A stretch of 64,000 nucleotides of DNA, from NCBI GenBank assembly GCA_950097015.1, contig CATNEN010000029.1, positions 5,332,001 to 5,396,000 of the forward strand, read 5' to 3'. The number at the start of each line of letters is the position of its first letter. Within the stretch, counting starts at the first letter, position 1. The notes under the pieces are model-generated. The model searched no databases, had not been told where the DNA came from, and saw nothing but the letters and a program-made list of their open reading frames with translations. Position numbers and translations under genes: made by a program. This stretch comes from Macrostomum hystrix. Its lineage: Eukaryota > Animalia > Platyhelminthes. Shown piece by piece: positions 59,632-64,000 of the stretch.

Positions 59632-60605
59632 TGGAGTGGATTGCTAATCTATTCCATGATTGAAGGAATGAAGTGGATTGCTAATCTATTCCATGATTGA
59701 TGGAATGAAGTGGATTGCTAATCTATTCCATGATTGAAGGAATGGAGTGGATTGCTAATCTATTCCATGATTGAAGGAATGGAGTGGATTGCTAATCTAT
59801 TCCATGATTGAAGGAATGGACTGGATTGCTAATCTATTCCATGATTGAAGGAATGTAGTGGATTGCTAATCTATTCCATGATTGAAGGAATGGACTGGAT
59901 TGCTAATCTATTCCATGATTGAAGGAATGGACTGGATTGCTAATCTATTCCATGATTGAAGGAATGTAGTGGATTGCTAATCTATTCCATGATTGAAGGA
60001 ATGGAGTGGATTGCTAATCTATTCCATGATTGAAGGAATGGACTGGATTGCTAATCTATTCCATGAAGGAAGGAATGTAGTGGATTGCTAATCTATTCCA
60101 TGATTGAAGGAATGTAGTGGATTGCTAATCTATTCCATGATTGAAGGAATGGAGTGGATTGCTAATCTATTCCATGATTGAAGGAATGGAGTGGATTGCT
60201 AATCTATTCCATGAAGGAAGGAATGTAGTGGATTGCTAATCTATTCCATGATTGAAGGAATGGAGTGGATTGCTAATCTATTCCATGATTGAAGGAATGT
60301 AGTGGATTGCTAATCTATTCCATGATTGAAGGAATGGAGTGGATTGCTAATCTATTCCATGATTGAAGGAATGTAGTGGATTGCTAATCTATTCCATGAT
60401 TGAAGGAATGGAGTGGATTGCTAATCTATTCCATGATTGAAGGAATGGAGTGGATTGCTAATCTATTCCATGAAGGAAGGAATGTAGTGGATTGCTAATC
60501 TATTCCATGATTGAAGGAATGGAGTGGATTGCCAATCTATTCCATGATTGAAGGAATGGAGTGGATTGCTAATCTATTCCGTGATTGAAGGAATGGAGTG
60601 GATTG
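59632..60605. repeat. Minisatellite, 37 bp GGAGTGGATTGCTAATCTATTCCATGATTGAAGGAAT
   Basis: About 26 copies. Confidence 0.95.
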
Positions 60606-61172
60606 AAAGCAATAAGTACATAATCAATAATAAATGCACGATTAAACTAAATTCCCATGTAATTATGCATTTGTTCGACTTGAAGCGTCATGTGCACAAA
60701 ATATCCAGAAAGCTTATGTTTTTGTGACACGTATGAAGTATATTTGCTTTAAAGACATTAACTAAGTGAAGCCGAGAGAAAACACCGAAGCATCATATTC
60801 AAACAAATATTTGAACACTGCAAATAAACAACAACAAAAATTTTTGCTTTGTGTACACAAATTCTAATTGAAAAGTAAAGCTGTACTTTTGAATTAATAT
60901 AGTTCAAGCTAAGCTTTTAGAGCTAAAAAATTCATTACAACATTGCGAGATATAAATCATCTCAACAAATAGATTTTAATAATTGCCAGCGTGCATACCT
61001 GCCACTGCAAATGACTAATAGAGCAAGCAGAATAAGGGATTGTGACACCAGGGGTAAGCTTAAGACGAATAACTCTTTTAAACAAGGTAGATTGTTGTTA
61101 ATATAATCAATTTGTGACGAAACTGTGATTCACTACTGTTGACCATTCTGCACCTGATGGATCATGACCTTC

Positions 61173-63068
61173 TTAGGCCTGCTGATCTTCAGGTGGAGCC
61201 TGCTGATCGTCAGGTGGAGCCTGCTGATCCTCAGGTGGAGCCTGCTGATCTTCAGGTGGAGCCTGCTGATCTTCAGGTGGAGCCTGCTGATCTTCTGGTG
61301 GCACTTGCTGATCTTCAGGTGGAGCCTGCTGATCCTCAGGTGCAGCCTGCTGATCCTCAGGTGGAGCCTGCTGATCTTCAGGTGGAGCCTTCTGATCTTC
61401 AGGTGCAGCCTGCTGATCTTCTGGTGGAGCCTGCTGATCTACAGGAAGAGCCTGCGGATCTTCAGGTGGAGCCTGCTGATATTCAGGTGGAGCCTGCTGA
61501 TCTTCAGGTGGCACTTGCTGATCTTCAGGTGGAGCCTGCTGATCTTCAGGTCGAGCCTGCTGATCTACAGGAAGAGCCTGCTGATCTTCAGGTGAAGCCT
61601 GCTGATCTTCAGGTGGCACTTGCTGATCTTCAGGTGGAGCCTGCTGATCTTCAGGTCGAGCCTGCTGATCTACAGGAAGAGCCTGCGGATCTTCAGGAAG
61701 AGCCTGCTGATCTTCAGGAAGAGCCTGCGGATCTTCAGGTGGAGCCTGCTGATCTTCAGGAAGAGCCTGCTGATCTTCAGGTAGTGGTATTTCCTGTTCA
61801 TCAGGAAGAGCCTGCTGATCTTCAGGTGGAGCCTGCTGATCTTCAGGTGGAGCCTGCTGATCTTCAGGTGAAGCCTGCTGATCTTCAGGAAGAGCCTGCG
61901 GATCTTCAGGTGGAGCCTGCTGATCTTCAGGAAGAGCCTGCGGATCTTCAGGTGGAGCCTGCTGATCTTCAGGAAGAGCCTGCAGATCTTCAGGTGGAGC
62001 CTGCTGATCTTCAGGAAGAGCCTGCTGATCTTCAGGTAGTGGCATCTCCTGTTCATCAGGAAGAGCCTGCTGATCTTCAGGTGGAGTCTGCTGATCTTCA
62101 GATGGAGTCTGCTGATCTTCAGGTGGAGGCTGCTGATCTTCAGATGGAGTCTGCTGATCTTCAGGTGGAGTCTGCTGATCTTCAGATGGAGTCTGCTGAT
62201 CTTCAGGTGGAGGCTGCTGATCTTCAGATGGAGTCTGCTGATCTTCAGGAAGAGCCTGCGGATCTTCAGGTGGAGCCTGCTGATCTTCAGGTAGTGGCAT
62301 CTCCTGTTCATCAGGAAGAGCCTGCTGATCTTTAGATGGAGTCTGCTGATCTTCAGGAAGAGCCTGCGGATCTTCAGGTGGAGCCTGCTGATCTTCAGGA
62401 AGAGCCTGCGGATCTTCAGGTGGAGCCCGCTGATATTCAGGTGGAGCCTGCTGATCTTCAGGAAGAGCCTGCGGATCTTCAGGTGGAGCCTGCTGATCTT
62501 CAGGAAGAGCCTGCTGATCTTCAGGTAGTGGCATCTCCTGTTCATCAGGAAGAGCCTGCTGATCTTCAGGTGGAGCCTGCTGATCTTCAGGAAGAGCCTG
62601 CGGATCTTCAAGTGGAGCCTGCTGATCCTCAGATGGATCCTGCCGGTCTTCAAGTGGAGCCTGCTGATCTTCAGGAGAAGCCTGTTGATCGTCAGCTGGT
62701 GGCGCCTGTTGATCGTCAGCTGGTGGCGCCTGTTGATCATCAGCTGGTGGCGCCTGTTGATCGTCAGCTGGTGGCGCCTGTTGATCGTCAGTTGGTGGCG
62801 CCTGTTGATCGTCAGTTGGTGGCGCCTGTTGATCGTCAGTTGGTGGCGCCTGTTGATCGTCAGCTGGTGGCGCCTGTTGATCGTCAGCTGGTGGCGCCTG
62901 TTGATCGTCAGCTGGTGGCGCCTGTTGATCGTCAGCTGGTGGCGCCTGTTGATCGTCAGCTGGTGGCGCCTGTTGATCGTCAGCTGGTGGCACCTGACAC
63001 TCCTCCGTGAGCTGCAGCTCATGCTTGGACATGTCGCCTAGCGCTGAGCACACTGAGTCGTTATTCAT
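61173..63068 (-). CDS. Putative 631-aa acidic Gln/Pro tandem-repeat protein (ADDQQAPP and EDQQAPP/EDPQALP repeats)
   Basis: ATG at 63068 preceded by an acceptor-like CTTTAG; short unique Cys-containing head, then 24-, 21- and 36-nt unit variants that all keep frame to TAA at 61173. The best opposite-strand frame has an internal TAG at 62333. Confidence 0.5.
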   Translation of the reverse strand: MNNDSVCSALGDMSKHELQLTEECQVPPADDQQAPPADDQQAPPADDQQAPPADDQQAPPADDQQAPPADDQQAPPTDDQQAPPTDDQQAPPTDDQQAPPADDQQAPPADDQQAPPADDQQAPPADDQQASPEDQQAPLEDRQDPSEDQQAPLEDPQALPEDQQAPPEDQQALPDEQEMPLPEDQQALPEDQQAPPEDPQALPEDQQAPPEYQRAPPEDPQALPEDQQAPPEDPQALPEDQQTPSKDQQALPDEQEMPLPEDQQAPPEDPQALPEDQQTPSEDQQPPPEDQQTPSEDQQTPPEDQQTPSEDQQPPPEDQQTPSEDQQTPPEDQQALPDEQEMPLPEDQQALPEDQQAPPEDLQALPEDQQAPPEDPQALPEDQQAPPEDPQALPEDQQASPEDQQAPPEDQQAPPEDQQALPDEQEIPLPEDQQALPEDQQAPPEDPQALPEDQQALPEDPQALPVDQQARPEDQQAPPEDQQVPPEDQQASPEDQQALPVDQQARPEDQQAPPEDQQVPPEDQQAPPEYQQAPPEDPQALPVDQQAPPEDQQAAPEDQKAPPEDQQAPPEDQQAAPEDQQAPPEDQQVPPEDQQAPPEDQQAPPEDQQAPPEDQQAPPDDQQAPPEDQQA

Positions 63069-64000
63069 CGCTAAAGTTATGGAGTTCCGTGAGAATTTAA
63101 ATTGATTTAATTTATCTGGAACTAAAAACAACTTATTTGAAGACGCACACACAAGCCTACCACTTGGTTTTGTGAAATGGTTTGAGTTAGCCGAGATTTT
63201 TGCAAACTGAATGCCCAAAGCCAAGTTTCAGCCAGTTAAAAAGGCCTACTATTTAAAGTAGATTCCAAATTTAGTGCTGCGTCACACCACTCCGCGGCAG
63301 TTGCATTCTTCAGCCTCAGCGTTGGAAACCGGATTGGACCGGATTGGCTGGCCCAACAGGGAAACAGTTTATACCCCGATTGCCTCAATCGCTTTTTCGT
63401 GTCTCCTACCTGCTATACTGAACAGCAGCCGCGTCCCGTTCCCCAGTCATAAGTCCGTTCGGTTCCGTTCGGTTCCGACATGTCTAGAGAATTGCTACGC
63501 TGGGTCTTGTTTACTTTTGCTGCTGCATCAGCCCAGACCAGACGGCATCGAATGGAAAGTGGAAACAGCCCTCAGGTAGAAATGGCCCCGACTGGCCCCC
63601 ACTAGCTGCTTGTGGGTGTCCCCTCGTAGTTTTCCTGGCATTTTTCGATTGAGAAAAGAGTACAGTTGTACTATGGAGTTGCTGAGAACTGGCAGGAAGA
63701 CTGACTGGTATTCCAGAATTGAAGTAAAAACTATTTTTTCCACAGGATTATTGATTTGTTCCAATTCTTGCTTTGAACTGAAATAAAACGGAAGGCAACA
63801 CATTATTTAATAGAACATTTCGAAATATTCGAAAGAATCTAAAAAGAAACGCATCATACTACTGCCGCTTCTCAGTACAAATGAATGCGCACATTTGCCT
63901 TAATAGTTAAGCAGCAACAGATGAACACTAGAATCTTTATAGGTCAGTTCTGTGATAGAATTCGCTTTAGATATAAAAGCCCAAAGGAGTTAGAATTTAT

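Noticed and set aside
3917-60605. Arrays of 21-38 bp repeats as CRISPR arrays
   Set aside because: Units are head-to-tail with no unique spacers, there are no cas genes, and the context is a spliced eukaryotic genome.
61139-63010. Plus-strand (EPADLQV)n protein
   Set aside because: Interrupted by TAG at 62333, while the minus-strand frame is fully open with a unique N-terminal head.

Overview
Eukaryotic (animal) genomic DNA with GC-rich exons, GT-AG introns and about 27 different tandem-repeat arrays covering roughly 30% of the window. The repeat-filled introns and gene content suggest a free-living flatworm such as Macrostomum; this is an inference. I rebuilt gene models by hand from splice sites and reading phase. 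The minus strand carries two tandem SLC23/NAT nucleobase-ascorbate transporter paralogs, two tandem tetraspanins, an NR1J/HR96-type nuclear receptor, a disrupted FMRFamide-receptor-like GPCR and a 631-aa acidic Gln/Pro repeat ORF. The plus strand carries an AK5-like protein with two degenerate P-loops. Two tRNA-derived SINE families are interspersed. Four observations stand out. (1) The best start codon for SLC23 copy B lies 17 nt after the tetraspanin A stop in the same exon, suggesting a bicistronic or fusion transcript. (2) The long exons of the SLC23 paralogs are about 98% identical while short exons are about 64% identical and introns do not visibly align. (3) Several minisatellites grew out of functional signals: a stop codon, a splice donor and a branch-point-like motif. 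(4) The AK5-like protein looks catalytically dead. Most long ORFs in the supplied track are repeat artefacts. No CRISPR array, rRNA gene or intact tRNA gene was found.
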